Assembly: GCF_001194135.2 (NCBI RefSeq)
Contig: NC_069002.1
Coordinates: 26,926,771-26,979,486 of the forward strand
Origin: Octopus bimaculoides
Taxonomy: Eukaryota
Length of the DNA: 52,716 bases
Reading direction: 5' to 3'
Of this stretch, positions 24,566-37,741 are shown in pieces (within the stretch, counting starts at the first letter, position 1; every line of letters begins with the position of its first letter). A model generated the notes under the pieces. That model searched no databases and was not told the DNA's origin. It was given only the letters and a program-made list of their open reading frames with translations. The translations under genes and the position numbers were made by a program.

Positions 24566-26162
24566 NNNNNNNNNNNNNNNNNNNNNNNNNNNNNNNNNNN
24601 NNNNNNNNNNNNNNNNNNNNNNNNNNNNNNNNNNNNNNNNNNNNNNNNNNNNNNNNNNNNNNNNNNNNNNNNNNNNNNNNNNNNNNNNNNNNNNNNNNNN
24701 NNNNNNNNNNNNNNNNNNNNNNNNNNNNNNNNNNNNNNNNNNNNNNNNNNNNNNNNNNNNNNNNNNNNNNNNNNNNNNNNNNNNNNNNNNNNNNNNNNNN
24801 NNNNNNNNNNNNNNNNNNNNNNNNNNNNNNNNNNNNNNNNNNNNNNNNNNNNNNNNNNNNNNNNNNNNNNNNNNNNNNNNNNNNNNNNNNNNNNNNNNNN
24901 NNNNNNNNNNNNNNNNNNNNNNNNNNNNNNNNNNNNNNNNNNNNNNNNNNNNNNNNNNNNNNNNNNNNNNNNNNNNNNNNNNNNNNNNNNNNNNNNNNNN
25001 NNNNNNNNNNNNNNNNNNNNNNNNNNNNNNNNNNNNNNNNNNNNNNNNNNNNNNNNNNNNNNNNNNNNNNTGTGTGTGTGTGTGTGTGTGTATTCTTTAG
25101 TTTTTTTTTTTATTTAATGTCTGTTTCTCCATGCTATCAAGAATTAGACAGAGATGTACTTGAGACAAGAATTTTATGGCTGGATGCTCTTCCTGTCACC
25201 AATCCTTATCTGTTTTCTCAGTAAGAGAAATTTAATTCCAGAAGATTTTTAAAAGCACTAAGAAGAGCTATTAGATGATTTGTTGACAATGGGAAATGTC
25301 AACAACATCACCAGTTGCAGCTCAGCTACAAACAGTAATGTCACTGTCTGCAGTGTAGCTCTCTGTCAGTTGTAAAAATTCTCACACACACGTGCACACA
25401 GGTATCAATGAATAACAAAACAAGAGTTACATAATAATCTTCATTAGCTTACAGCTGTTTCTGCTATAGGAAGCAGTGCACTTAGAGCTGAATGCTTGAG
25501 CAACAGCCGATATCTTATATTGAGTTCTAACAACTGGCTATTAGTATTGTTATGCCTAATGTTTATATATATATATGATATGATGGATTCTTGCATCATG
25601 AACAACAAATGAGTGTTCAGTAAAATAAAGCAGTAATCATGTTCTATGGACACAAATGTGTCTCTTAAGACCTGCTGGTGCTTTGTAAATGTTTTCACAA
25701 ATGGAACGAGCTGGTGTCACAATTTTCTCGAGTGCTTGTCGATCATTTACGATGAGTTTTCTCTAGTGGGCAGCAAAGCCTGCTTTGCATCGGGCCACAA
25801 AACCACAACGACAGGTAAGGTTTCCATTTAGAGGAGCAGCATTTTGCCAGCGTGCTTTCATGCTTAGACAAAGTAGATCCCAATGTTGGAGTTAACTTTG
25901 TTTTTATGTCAAATTACATCATCATCATCATCATCCAGTGTTTTAAACCTGGGTTTTGTCCCCATTAATGGGGGTGGCTGGATCTACTTCAATGCCATAG
26001 CAACCGAGGTAGGCAGGTGCAGCCCACCCCAATCTTTGGGCTGGCTGGTGCCCATTCTCTTTTTCTATCATGAGGCATTTTGGATCTGGATTTTCTATGG
26101 GGAGCATTCCCTTGCTTACCCCCAACCTCAGTTTCTAGACATGAGTGGTCCCGAGACCAAGG

Positions 26163-26335
26163 CCCCTACCATGATTTTTAAGAAATGTAGTGGAAAACTA
26201 GCTCAGGAAGGCAGGGATGCTACTCCCTGAGACCCTTTTCAGAGCCCCCTACCATATTTTAAGAAATGTAGTGGAAAACTAGCTCAGGAAGGCAGGGACG
26301 CTACTCCCTGAGACTGCTTTCAGAGACCCCCTACC
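26163..26335. repeat. ~82-83-bp tandem duplication (just over 2 units)
   Basis: cccctacc recurs at 26163, 26246 and 26328 with near-identical sequence between. Confidence 0.9.
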
Positions 26336-26452
26336 TTTATATAATATATAAAAATAGTTTACATTAAACTATTAACATTACAGCAGAACAGCAAAGAGTA
26401 CAATACTTTCTTAGTGGAGAACATATTTACCTAACTTTTACAAAGTTATATA

Positions 26453-26671
26453 CATGAGGGCTTGCTGAAAAGTTCCCGGTGGCTTTAATGGTACTGCAAG
26501 GCCTGGTTAACAGCCCAACCTTCTGAGGTCTTTTACAGGGATTAGAAAAACTGAAGGGCCGCTGCAATAAGTGTGTGAATTGGTGAGGGAAATATGTTGA
26601 ATAAAATCATAATTAACTGCTCCTCCTGTATTTTCTTTTACCTAAAGCCAGGAACTTTTCAGCACCCCATC

Positions 26672-26672
<1 letters not shown>
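26453..26672 (+). mobile_element. mariner-derived MITE retaining transposase C-terminal codons
   Basis: Imperfect TIRs (..TGCTGAAAAGTTCC / GGAACTTTTCAGCA..) with TA flanks. 26536-26604 reads QGLEKLKGRCNKCVNW*GKYVE*, like the mariner C-terminus (GIxKLxxRWxKCxxxxGxYxE). Confidence 0.78.
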
Positions 26673-26712
<40 letters not shown>

Positions 26713-27814
26713 TATACATATATATGTATATGTATATATAGTGAGAATTTACAAAAAAATAAAAGACGAAGACAGACGTGTAAACAACAAACAGATGTAT
26801 TAGTTTGATGCTCGGGAAGTGAGAAAGTCTTTTATGTTTCGAGCCTATGCTCTTCAACAGAAAGGAACACACATATATGCATGTGTATACATACACACAC
26901 ATCGTTATCAGGCATAAAGCTACTTCACTCAATCTTACTTCCCTACCCAGTTGAGCGTGGTCTTGTCTTGTGAGTTACTTGGTAACCTTACTAGTGCCAG
27001 TATTAGGTAAAAAGCTCCACCCAGTACACACAGTAAAGTGGTTGGTGTCAGGAAGGGCATCCAGCCATAGAAACCATGCCAAACCAGATACTGGAGTCTG
27101 GCACAATCCTCTGGCTCATCAACCCCAGCTGAACCATTCAGCCCATGCAAGCATGGAAAATGGATGTTAAATGACGATGATATAAACACACACACACAAT
27201 GGGCTTCTTTCAGTTTCCATCTACTAAATCCATGCACAAAGCATTGTCACAGCAAGTAGTCAAGAAGGCATTCAATGATGATCAATAAATAATTCCAACA
27301 ATTGGCAACTTCCAAAACCATTTGCAATGCAGCAGCAGACTTCTGAGATGGATTATTAGATTTCTTCTTGGAACCAATGCCTCTTTTATCTGTTGAACAA
27401 TCAAACAACAGAGGAAGATCATTGACCATTGCTGACCACAACCAACCAATTGTTGAAAGATTCCAAACAGTAAATAAAGACAGTATTCTAGCATAGTGGA
27501 ACTTGGAAATTTAACAAAGCAGAATGGTTTCAAACAAGAGGTAGTGGTGGAGGACAGCCAAAGAATTGATTTGGAATTGGTAATGATATTTGGAATGCTG
27601 CTGATGTATTCCTTGAATGGATAATGGAATGTCATGTTTGAATAGAATGGTTTGTGATAGGCAGGGCATCCATTGGTAGAAGCCATGCCAAAGCAACATA
27701 CACAAGCGCCAGTCTTTAGGAACAGTGTCTCGCAGTGAGAAGTTACTCAGGCTGTGTAGTGGAGAGCAGACATAAAAACAGTGTTGATGATGATAATTAA
27801 GTTTTATAATTTAG

Positions 27815-28031
27815 CCATTTTGTTGCCATATTTCTATTGAAATATGCGTTGTTTAATTACTTTTGGAAATAATAGAAATTTAGTAAAACAATTTTGTCGT
27901 TATTTAATCTGGTGTTTGGGTCATAAATTTACATGAAATTTTGATGGAAGGTTTTAATTTACATCCCTTTAAAACAGGAAGGTGGTATCAAATGACCAAG
28001 GGGCAGACTCGGGCAATTTGGTCCAAAAGGG
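27815..28031 (-). mobile_element. piggyBac-like MITE (220-bp family), older copy
   Basis: Degenerate TTAG|CCATTTTGTTGCC ... CAAAAGGG|TTAA. Confidence 0.7.
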
Positions 28032-29402
28032 TTAATACACTAAAAAAAAAAATTCTTAAGTTAGTTTTGGTGACATTGACTATTCCAGTCATTTGATCAA
28101 CTGAACTAACCAATAGCATTTGAGTGGATGAATATTCCACAGACTCATGTACCAGACACTGTACAGGGTAAAGCTTGCCTTTCAATTACAGGTGCAAACC
28201 ATCTGACAGTCTACCACAGTGTTTCCATCCACCCAATTCACTCACAAAACTTCAGGTGACCTGAAACCAAGGTAAAAGTCACTTGCCAAAAGTGGTGCAC
28301 ACTGTGATTGAACCCAGAATCTCATATTGTGGAGAAAATTTCTTAATAACTACGCTATGTCTGCTCCCAAACATACACACCATGATGCAGACTAGCTCAA
28401 TATTTATATATGCTCAGTACATATTGCAGAGTATATAGTTTGTTGAAACTGAATGTCTCTGGTAATTCGAGTTTCATGTCTTTGTGATCTTCAGGCAAGA
28501 ACTGTTTTCATTTGAACATCTCAGAGTCTTAAAACTCGAGTTGTGAGCTCTACTACAAGTTTTGCATCTTCTCTACAGCAAGACACCTGTTCCTGTCTTT
28601 TAACTTTAGCCTCTCAACATCTCACATAAAGCCACCCACCTTTTCACTGACCTCACTTCACGATTTTTTTCTTTACTTTTCCTTTGTTTTGTGAGTTACT
28701 TGGGGACCTCACTAGTGCTGGTAACACACACAAAATATCCAGTATATTCTGTAAAGGGGTTGACACTAGGGATGGCATCCAGCTGTGAATCCATGCCAAA
28801 GCAGAGATTGGACACAACATGGGATGATGATGATGATGATGATATCACTGACCATTATTTTTAAGAATCCCCACTTCAATGGTGTAAGTACTGCACTTCA
28901 TTATCTGGGAATACCAGTTTGGAGTTCAGATATGTGCACAGTTCTTTGATGAAGAAAATAAAGATGTTCAGCGCCTTATATTAAAATTTGGTAAAGCATT
29001 ACTAACGTCATACAGTAGCAGAATACACATACAGGCACACACACACACACACGCAGGCATCATTTCTTTGATTATGTTCCATAGCCATGGTTGTTCAACG
29101 TAATGGCTCTGAACATAATCCTTTCAACACAATTTCAATAATTCTTATAGCGCAACAGTAATGGCAAGGCAAAGAGAAACCAGCAAAAGAACGAATTCAG
29201 AAATGCAAGGAAATATGAAGAGAAGAAGAACGATTCCAAACTCAACATCAATTCAAAGGATGAACATGCAAAAGGCATTCAAGCAATAATGCCTAATAGC
29301 AAACACTTTTAAACAAATTTAAACCCTGGAAAGAAACTGAAGCTGTAATCTCTGTCATATATAATTCTGCTACGGTATAACTATGATGGTAAAGGTTTAA
29401 CG

Positions 29403-29911
29403 CAGTAGCTTCCAACTATTTTTCATCTATGAACCCCTTTGGTGACTATTTCATTCTGGTGGACTCCACCAGAGCCATTTTGATGTTTAAAAAGTTGTTT
29501 TATAGAACCTTCTTTCAAAATTCCTATTTTGTTTGTCACACATTCCCTTGTGTAGGTTGAACTAATATAAAATGTCAGAGAAAGAAACTTAGTTGTTTCT
29601 TGCAATAAATGCATCATCGTCATCGTTGTCATTTAACGTCTGTCTTCCATGGCGGCATGGGTTGGACAATTAGAGAGGAACTGGTCAGGCAGAAGACTGC
29701 ACCAGACTTCTGTGTCTGTTTTGGCAAGGTTTTTACAGCTGGATGCTCTTCCTAACACCAACCCTCCAGCAGAGTGGACTCTGAAGTAAAATTCTTTCAT
29801 GGACCCTTAATATACTTCTGTGGGTCCCCAATTTACTGTTTTGCTTGTGTGGGCCTCCCAAAATCTTATATGGCCCCCAATGTCATGTAAACCCTTGCTT
29901 GAGAACCACTG
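29403..29911 (+). mobile_element. hAT MITE (same family as 19871) with nested RTE 3' fragment (~29612-29775)
   Basis: TIRs CAGTAGCTTCCAACT / GCTTGAGAACCACTG; degenerate TSD GTTTAACG / GTTTAGCA. Confidence 0.8.
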
Positions 29912-30030
29912 GTTTAGCACATCTTAAATACACTCTACTACATCCTTGGATTTACATCATAAGTAAGTGGATATGACTGGATTTGAACCTACATTCCCAG
30001 TCAATGAGGCACACTGATTTTCTGTGCCTG

Positions 30031-30340
30031 ATTCCATTCCACAGTTAAGATGCTGAGACAATGTTGGGAGTGTTACTTACAAATACCTGAGCAGAATAAC
30101 ATCACAGATTATCCTAGAGTACAACTTTTAACACAGTTACACACTAAAACCCAGTGTGTGTGTGGGGGGGGGGTAGTATTTATAGAAGCTGTTAACCTAG
30201 TTTATAGCACAGAAACATGTTATGATATAATGTGAACAAAAAGGAGTTTTCCCCTTACATTAACTTTGAAGAACCTATCTGATCTCACATCATGTTTATA
30301 ATCATAAATGACACACATTTATAGAAAATACCTCAATACT
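30031..30340. repeat. Copy 1 of a ~310-bp local direct duplication
   Basis: attccattccacagttaagatgctgagac...tttatagaaaat is repeated at 32205-32523. Confidence 0.9.
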
Positions 30341-30621
30341 GTTATCTAATACACACACACACACTTTCACATACATACACACACATGTACGTGCTACTAT
30401 ATCTGACTTATATACTAAACATCTACACAAGATGCTCTCTCTCCCTCAAGATGAATACCACAGTATCATAGCGTTCTTATAATACACTGACGTTAAGTAG
30501 AATATACAGACTGCTATTCAATACTAATACTGCTTCCATCACTAATATCTAAGATATATGTATATATTGACACTCACATACACAGGTACACACACAAATA
30601 CTCACCCCCCACACATATCTG

Positions 30622-30667
<46 letters not shown>

Positions 30668-30679
30668 CCTATATATATA

Positions 30680-31360
30680 TATCGTCATCGTCGTTTAACG
30701 TCCGCTTTCCATGCTAGCATGGGTTGGACGATTTGACTAAGGACTGGTGAAACCAGATGGCTACACCAGGCTCCAATCTGATTTGGCAGAGTTTCTACAG
30801 CTGGATGCCCTTCCTAACGCCAACCACTCAGAGAGTGTAGTGGGTGCTTTTACGTGTCACCCGCACGAAGGCCAGTCAGGTGGTACTGGCAACGGCCATG
30901 CTCANNNNNNNNNNNNNNNNNNNNNNNNNNNNNNNNNNNNNNNNNNNNNNNNNNNNNNNNNNNNNNNNNNNNNNNNNNNNNNNNNNNNNNNNNNNNNNNN
31001 NNNNNNNNNNNNNNNNNNNNNNNNNNNNNNNNNNNNNNNNNNNNNNNNNNNNNNNNNNNNNNNNNNNNNNNNNNNNNNNNNNNNNNNNNNNNNNNNNNNN
31101 NNNNNNNNNNNNNNNNNNNNNNNNNNNNNNNNNNNNNNNNNNNNNNNNNNNNNNNNNNNNNNNNNNNNNNNNNNNNNNNNNNNNNNNNNNNNNNNNNNNN
31201 NNNGTCCAGGGGCACCGGCAACGATCCTGCTCGAAAGATTTCATGTGTCGCCCGCACATGAGCCAGTCCAGGGGCACCGGCAACGATCCCGCTTGAAAGA
31301 TTTCATGTGTCGCCCGCACATGAGCCAGTCCAGGGGCACTGGCAACGATCTCGCTCGAAA
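30680..31360 (-). mobile_element. RTE LINE 3' end carrying a 62-bp minisatellite (gap inside)
   Basis: Family C core at 30680-30840; gtccagggg recurs at 31204, 31266 and 31328. Confidence 0.82.
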
Positions 31361-31369
31361 ATCCTATGC

Positions 31370-31437
<68 letters not shown>

Positions 31438-31451
31438 ATACATATATATAT

Positions 31452-32092
31452 TATCTTTTATCTTTTACTTGTTTCAGTCATTTGAGTGTGGCCATGCTGG
31501 GGCAACGCCTTCAGGAATTTTAATAAAACTAATCAACCCCAGCACTTATTTTTAATTTTTTTTTAAGCCTGGTATTTATTCTATCACTCACTTTTGCTAA
31601 ACTGCTAAGTTATAGGGATGTAAACATACCAACACCAGTTGTCAAGCGATGATGGAGGGACAAACACAGATACAATGACACACATACATAGCTCATCACC
31701 ATCACCATCATCATCATTTACACTCCACCTTCCATGCCTTCCAGCTGCCGTTACGTTCTGAGTTCCAATTCCGCTGAGGTCAACTTTGCCTTTCATCCTT
31801 TTGGGGTCGATTGAATAAGTACCAGTTATGCACTGGGATCAATGTAATCAATTTAATCGCTTTGTCTACCCTTCTCTGTCCCCTCTATGTTTAGCCTCCT
31901 GTGGCCAATAAATATATATATATATATATATATGACAGACTTCTTTCAGTTTCCATCTACCAAATCCACTCACAAGGCTTTGGTCAGCCCAAAGCTATAG
32001 CAGAAGACACTTGCCCAAGGTGCCACACAATGGGAATGAACCTGGAACCATGTGGTTGGGAAGCAAGCTTCTAACCACACGGCCATGCCTGC

Positions 32093-32094
<2 letters not shown>
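31452..32094 (-). mobile_element. SINE family A, full length, with a plus-strand family B SINE (~31735-31910) in its microsatellite
   Basis: The 3' half (31452-31680) and 5' half (31935-32094) flank the nested insert. Confidence 0.82.
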
Positions 32095-32136
<42 letters not shown>

Positions 32137-32204
32137 GTGTGTATATACATATATATATGTATGTATGTGTCAATGATATAAACGTATAACAGATTACATC
32201 TTCA

Positions 32205-32523
32205 ATTCCATTCCACAGTTAAGATGCTGAGACAATGTTGGGAGTGTTACTTACAAAATACCTGAGCAGAATAACATCACAGATTATCCTAGAGTACAAC
32301 TTTTAACACAGTTACACAGTAAAACCCAGTATGTGTGTGGGGGGGGGAGGTGAGGTGTAGTATTTATAGAAGCTGTTAACCTAGTTTATAGCAGAGAAAC
32401 ATGTTATGATATAATATGAACGAAAAAGGTTTTCCCCTCACATTAACTTTGAAGAAGCTATCAGATCTCACATCATGTTTATAATCATAAATGACACACA
32501 TTTATAGAAAATCCTTCAATATT
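32205..32523. repeat. Copy 2 of the local direct duplication
   Basis: Matches 30031-30340 with scattered substitutions and small indels. Confidence 0.9.
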
Positions 32524-32536
32524 GTTATATAATATA

Positions 32537-32575
<39 letters not shown>

Positions 32576-33302
32576 NNNNNNNNNNATAGTATATAATATG
32601 TATGTCATATATATATATATATACATATATACACATACACACACATACACTCACACATACATACACTCCCATGCATGTGCTACTATATCTGACATACATA
32701 TTATATACTATTACAACTGCTGCTGTAATTGCACACACACACGCACAAATACATGCAGGCACATACATACATACACACACGCACNNNNNNNNNNAATTGC
32801 ACACACACACGCACAAATACATGCAGGCACATACATACATACACACACGCACACATACACACAAGCATGCACATACGTACACACATGCATGCACATACAG
32901 ACCTACACACACATACATGTATGTACATACATACACATACACACATATGCATGTACATACATACATACATATACACACACGCATGCATGCACATGCATAC
33001 ATACACACATAAATACATTGATATAGATATTTATACACGTATGTGCACAAATATATAAAGAAATATAGAAACCAATGATAGGTACCATACAACTGCTGCT
33101 GCTGCTACCATCACCACCATCACCATTGTTACCCAACAAACAAGGCTCAATTTACTGGAAACAGCAGGCGAAAATTACTCTTAAATCACATGCTATAGTC
33201 TTAAGAAGGAGGATACTTATGACCACACAGAAAAATGTACTCTTAGATACACAATGCCTCACAAACCACAAAGAGAGAGAGAGAGAGAGAGAAGGAGGAG
33301 GG

Positions 33303-33409
33303 TAGCAAAGTTGACCTCAGTGGAATTTGAACTCAGAATGTAAGGAGCCGGAAGAAATGCTGCTAAGCAGTGTGCCTGGCGTGCTACTAATTCTGCCAGT
33401 TTCACTGCC

Positions 33410-33466
<57 letters not shown>

Positions 33467-33670
33467 GGCACAAGGCCTGAAATTTTGGGGGAAGGGGATA
33501 GTCGATTACATCGATCCCCAGTACTCAACTGGTACTAAATATATCGACCCCTGAAAGCATGAAAGGTACAGTTGATCTTGGCGCAATTTGAACTCAGAAC
33601 GCAGCAATGGCTGAAATACTGCTAAGCATTTCGTCCAGCGTGCTAACAGTTCTGCCAGCTCACCACCTTA
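33303..33670 (-). mobile_element. Two tandem family B SINEs separated by (AAT)n
   Basis: Truncated copy at 33303-33410 and a near-full copy at 33465-33670, same orientation. Confidence 0.82.
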
Positions 33671-33871
33671 ATGTATGATGATGATGACGATGATGACGAT
33701 GATGATGATTTGGGGCAGATTCGTAGAAATTTGGGACCACAACCAAAACTGTCAGAAATACTCTGCTTACCCCTCAATTAGAAAAATATGAAAGGTGTAG
33801 AGGGTGAGAACTAAATTGAACACCATGCATATACCTGTACTTATGTGTGTGCATGTGTGCATATGTGCATA

Positions 33872-33929
<58 letters not shown>

Positions 33930-35894
33930 TATATAAATACAAGTGAGTGGCAAACAGAAGAAAAAATCTACTTGACACATTTAGTTGGATTTACAAACAT
34001 CGTTGTTTAAAACAGTTTGATTCAAACATGTATACACGTGTATACAGTCTTTTATTCTTTTACTTGTTTCAGTCAGTTGACTGTGGCCATGCTGGAGCAC
34101 TGCCTTTAGTCGAACAAATCGACCCTAGGACTTATTCTTTGTAAGCCTAGTACTTATTCTATCGGTCTCTTTTGCCACACCTATAAGTTACGGAGATGTA
34201 AACACACCAACATTGGTCGTCAAGCAATGATGGNNNNNNNNNNNNNNNNNNNNNNNNNNNNNNNNNNNNNNNNNNNNNNNNNNNNNNNNNNNNNNNNNNN
34301 NNNNNNNNNNNNNNNNNNNNNNNNNNNNNNNNNNNNNNNNNNNNNNNNNNNNNNNNNNNNNNNNNNNNNNNNNNNNNNNNNNNNNNNNNNNNNNNNNNNN
34401 NNNNNNNNNNNNNNNNNNNNNNNNNNNNNNNNNNNNNNNNNNNNNNNNNNNNNNNNNNNNNNNNNNNNNNNNNNNNNNNNNTATATATATATATATATAT
34501 GTAACACATGGTATAATTATAAACAGGGAAAATTTTGGTCATTTCCTCTGCTGACTGAAAAAATGATGATCAACCTTAATTGATTTTCAAATTGAGTTCT
34601 CATCAGAGGCGTCTACATCATTCTGACAGTCTCCAGAGAAATATGCAGCCAAACTGTTTCTATACTCAACAAATACAGCAGTTACTCTATGAAGGAGTCC
34701 CTAATTTGCATACTGAAAGTGTTTAACAGTCTTTAAATATATATCTAAGTGCTATTCATACAACTCTAGCCCTATGAGTCTCTTCATAGCATCTGTTGAT
34801 TAAGAATAAGAAATGCTTGTGCATACAGAATACCTGTACATAATGAATTCAATCCTCATGCAGGCCCACTTTACTTTTCACTCCTCTAAGATTGATCATT
34901 TATACTGGAATAGAAGAATAAGCCCACAGCCTATGAAATGTGGTTGTATAGATATGTGGCGACCCCATGACAAATTATTTTTACATGCTGGCAGGACACA
35001 AAAAGCAGCCTAAATACTCTGTAAAGTGGTTGGCATGTTAGGAAGGGCATCCAGCAGTAGAAACCATGCAACAACAGACAATTAGAGCCTGGACAGCTCC
35101 CTGACAGGCCAGCCCCTGTCAAACTGTCCAACCTATGCCAGCATTAAAAAACGGACACATGGGTTTTAGTCATGTTACACACAAGCAAAGAAATACAGAA
35201 TGTTGAATGTGTGTATTCGATATAGTGCTTTAGTAATTGTCCTGTTTAATGAGCATTGACACCAGCAAATGCTTGCTAAGTGTTCGTTTATGGAATTAGT
35301 GCATGTCAGGCGGAAGTTATCTGCGATACAAGTGACTGACCTTTTTTTTTTTAAAGAAAAAAGGTTATCGATGAGAGAAGTGTGTTATCATCTTTGTAAA
35401 AGCGTCACGTGGTTTACAAGTAACACTAATCAGATTATTAATAGAGCAGAAGTAGGTGGTGATAGATATAATGGAACTTTTGAGCTGTGCTGAAATTAAA
35501 AGAATGTAAGTTGGAAGTAGATCTGTTGACAGAAGCCATGAAAAATGCAATCTGCGAGAAAACATCTAATCCAACTATGAAAGCTGTGTGTGTGTGTGTG
35601 TGTGTGTGTGATAGGCAGACAGCTTTGCCAAGAGTTTGTTCTGACAGAATGTCAAGGTCAATGCTAATATTTGTGTGTGAGAGAAAAACTAAATGATTTT
35701 GGCTGATGCTTCATAAACTCATGGTTCCAGGTTCAGTCCCACAGGGAGGAACCTTGGGAAAGTTACTTTCACTATAGCCCGAGGCCGACCAAAGCCTTTT
35801 GAGTAGATTTGGTAGATGGAAACTGAAAGAAGCCTGTTATGCACATGTATGTATGTATGTATGTATGTATGTATGTATGTATGTGTGTGTGTGT

Positions 35895-36180
35895 GAAGGT
35901 GCATGGCCTGTGGTTAGGGTGTTGCACCCACAGTCACTAGATCATTGGTTTGATTACTAGACCAAACAGCATGTTGTGTTCTTGAGCAAGACTTTTTATT
36001 TCACGTTGCCCCAGTCCACTCAGCTGTAAATGAATCACCCTGCAACAGAAGAGCCTTCCAATCAGGAGGGAATGTTGGCTTGCTCACCTAACCAGTAGAG
36101 TGGTATCATTCAAAAAAGCTAAAACAATGCAAAGCACACTGTGACCAGCGATGTATAACAACATCCAATAGTCTGGTTCA
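35895..36180 (+). mobile_element. SINE family D
   Basis: gaaggtgcatggcctgtggttaggg ... gtgttcttgagcaagactttttatttcacgttgccccagtccactcagctg. Confidence 0.7.
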
Positions 36181-37360
36181 TACAGTGATGTGTGTGTGTG
36201 TGTGGATGTTACCGTCACCTTGCTTTGGCCTCACATGATAGTTATGAGTGTTGCCATGATGCAAACAGGGTCCCTTGTTTCCAGTCTTCCATGAAAACAT
36301 GTCTGGTCAGGGGGAAATATTACCTTAATTGGAAACAGGTGAGGGTTGGAGACAGGAAGGGTATCCGCCTGTAGAAAATTCACCTCGACAAATCCAACCC
36401 ATGGAAGCATGGAAAAGTGGATGTTAAAATGATGACGATGATGATGATTATCAAATCTTTACAAAATTCTATATCCAACAAAACGTTTATAAGACTCAAT
36501 ATCAGGCCTGATGAGACTTTGACACAGAATCATAAGGACCAGGATGATCCTATTCCAGATCCCATCATTTCCCATTATCTCACTTTTAATCCATTATCTC
36601 ACTTTTAATCCAAAATAAATTTCCACAACAATACTTTGTTCATAAACTGGAAATGTTGCCATACCAACGAGATATTATATTACCATTGTTTATGGTACCT
36701 CACTTCAAGGAATTTTACACTTCCATATGGCCCCTCTACCACCATTCTTTCATTGTCAATGGAAGAATGGCACTAGATACCTTCTACTGCCATTGTAAGA
36801 TGCAAGTAAATATGGTGTTCCTATAAAGTGCATTTACATAGAAACAGACTATTACTGATTCTCCAGATTCTTTTGGCCTATCTACTCCTTTCTTTCTTTC
36901 TCTCTCTCTCTCATACCCACACAAACACACCTCTAAAGACATAATCGTTAGCATACCAGACTAAAATGCTTAACGGTATTTTGTATGGCGCTTTATGTTC
37001 TGAGTTAAAAAATCGTGCAGAGATTAATTTTGCCTTCTGTCCTTTCGGAGTTGATAAAATAAGCAAAGTGCCAGTCAAGTATTGTGGTTGAATCAATCAA
37101 CTTAACCCACTCTCATAATATTATTGGCCTTGTTCCAACATTACCAAATATCACCAGGAATCATTCTAGCACAGCCACCAACAGATTCCAGTCCTATAAG
37201 CTACAGCTTTTATAGCCTTCCTTCCATAACAACCATTTTATCTACTCACAGAGCTGTGTTTTTTTGAAATTCTGTTCTACTTATTCTATTTACGAGTTAT
37301 TTTCTCCAGGTAAGAACATAATCTAGGAATTTAAGAAGAGGTAAATGGGAGGAGTTAGGT

Positions 37361-37682
37361 GGAAGCACGTGGCTTAGCGGTTAGGGTAGTTGGCTCACAA
37401 TCATAAAGTCATGAGTTCCATATCAATCAGTGCAGTGTGTCCTTGAGCAAGACACTTTATTTCACATTGCTCCGTTCCACTTAGCTGGCAAAAATAAGTT
37501 GTAACTGTAATTCAAAGGACCAGCCTTGTTACATTCTATATCATGCTGAATCTCCTCGAGAACTACATTAAGGGTATGCCTGTCTGAGGAGTACTCAGCC
37601 ACTTGCACATTAATTTCACGAGCAGGTCGTTCCACTGATCAGATCAACTTGAACCTTCATCATCATAACGACCGGAGCACCA
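37361..37682 (+). mobile_element. SINE family D
   Basis: ggaagcacgtggcttagcggttaggg (A box) ... gagttccatatc (degenerate B box) ... gtgtccttgagcaagacactttatttcac (CORE-like). Confidence 0.75.
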
Positions 37683-37741
37683 AGTGAGAGGGGCAATGCA
37701 ATACCTTTCTAAAGTGAAAGGGGCAATGCAATACCTTTATA

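Noticed and set aside
25646-25831. IIYDEFSLVG resembles PIF1/Helitron helicase motif II
   Set aside because: Single short motif, with no Walker A or other helicase motif in frame.
27250-27780. Possible CR1/L2 reverse-transcriptase remnant (ORF 27282..27686)
   Set aside because: Only vague similarity; not supportable without a search.
32727-32852. Exact 58-nt direct repeat
   Set aside because: It flanks a 10-N gap, the typical signature of unmerged overlapping contig ends.
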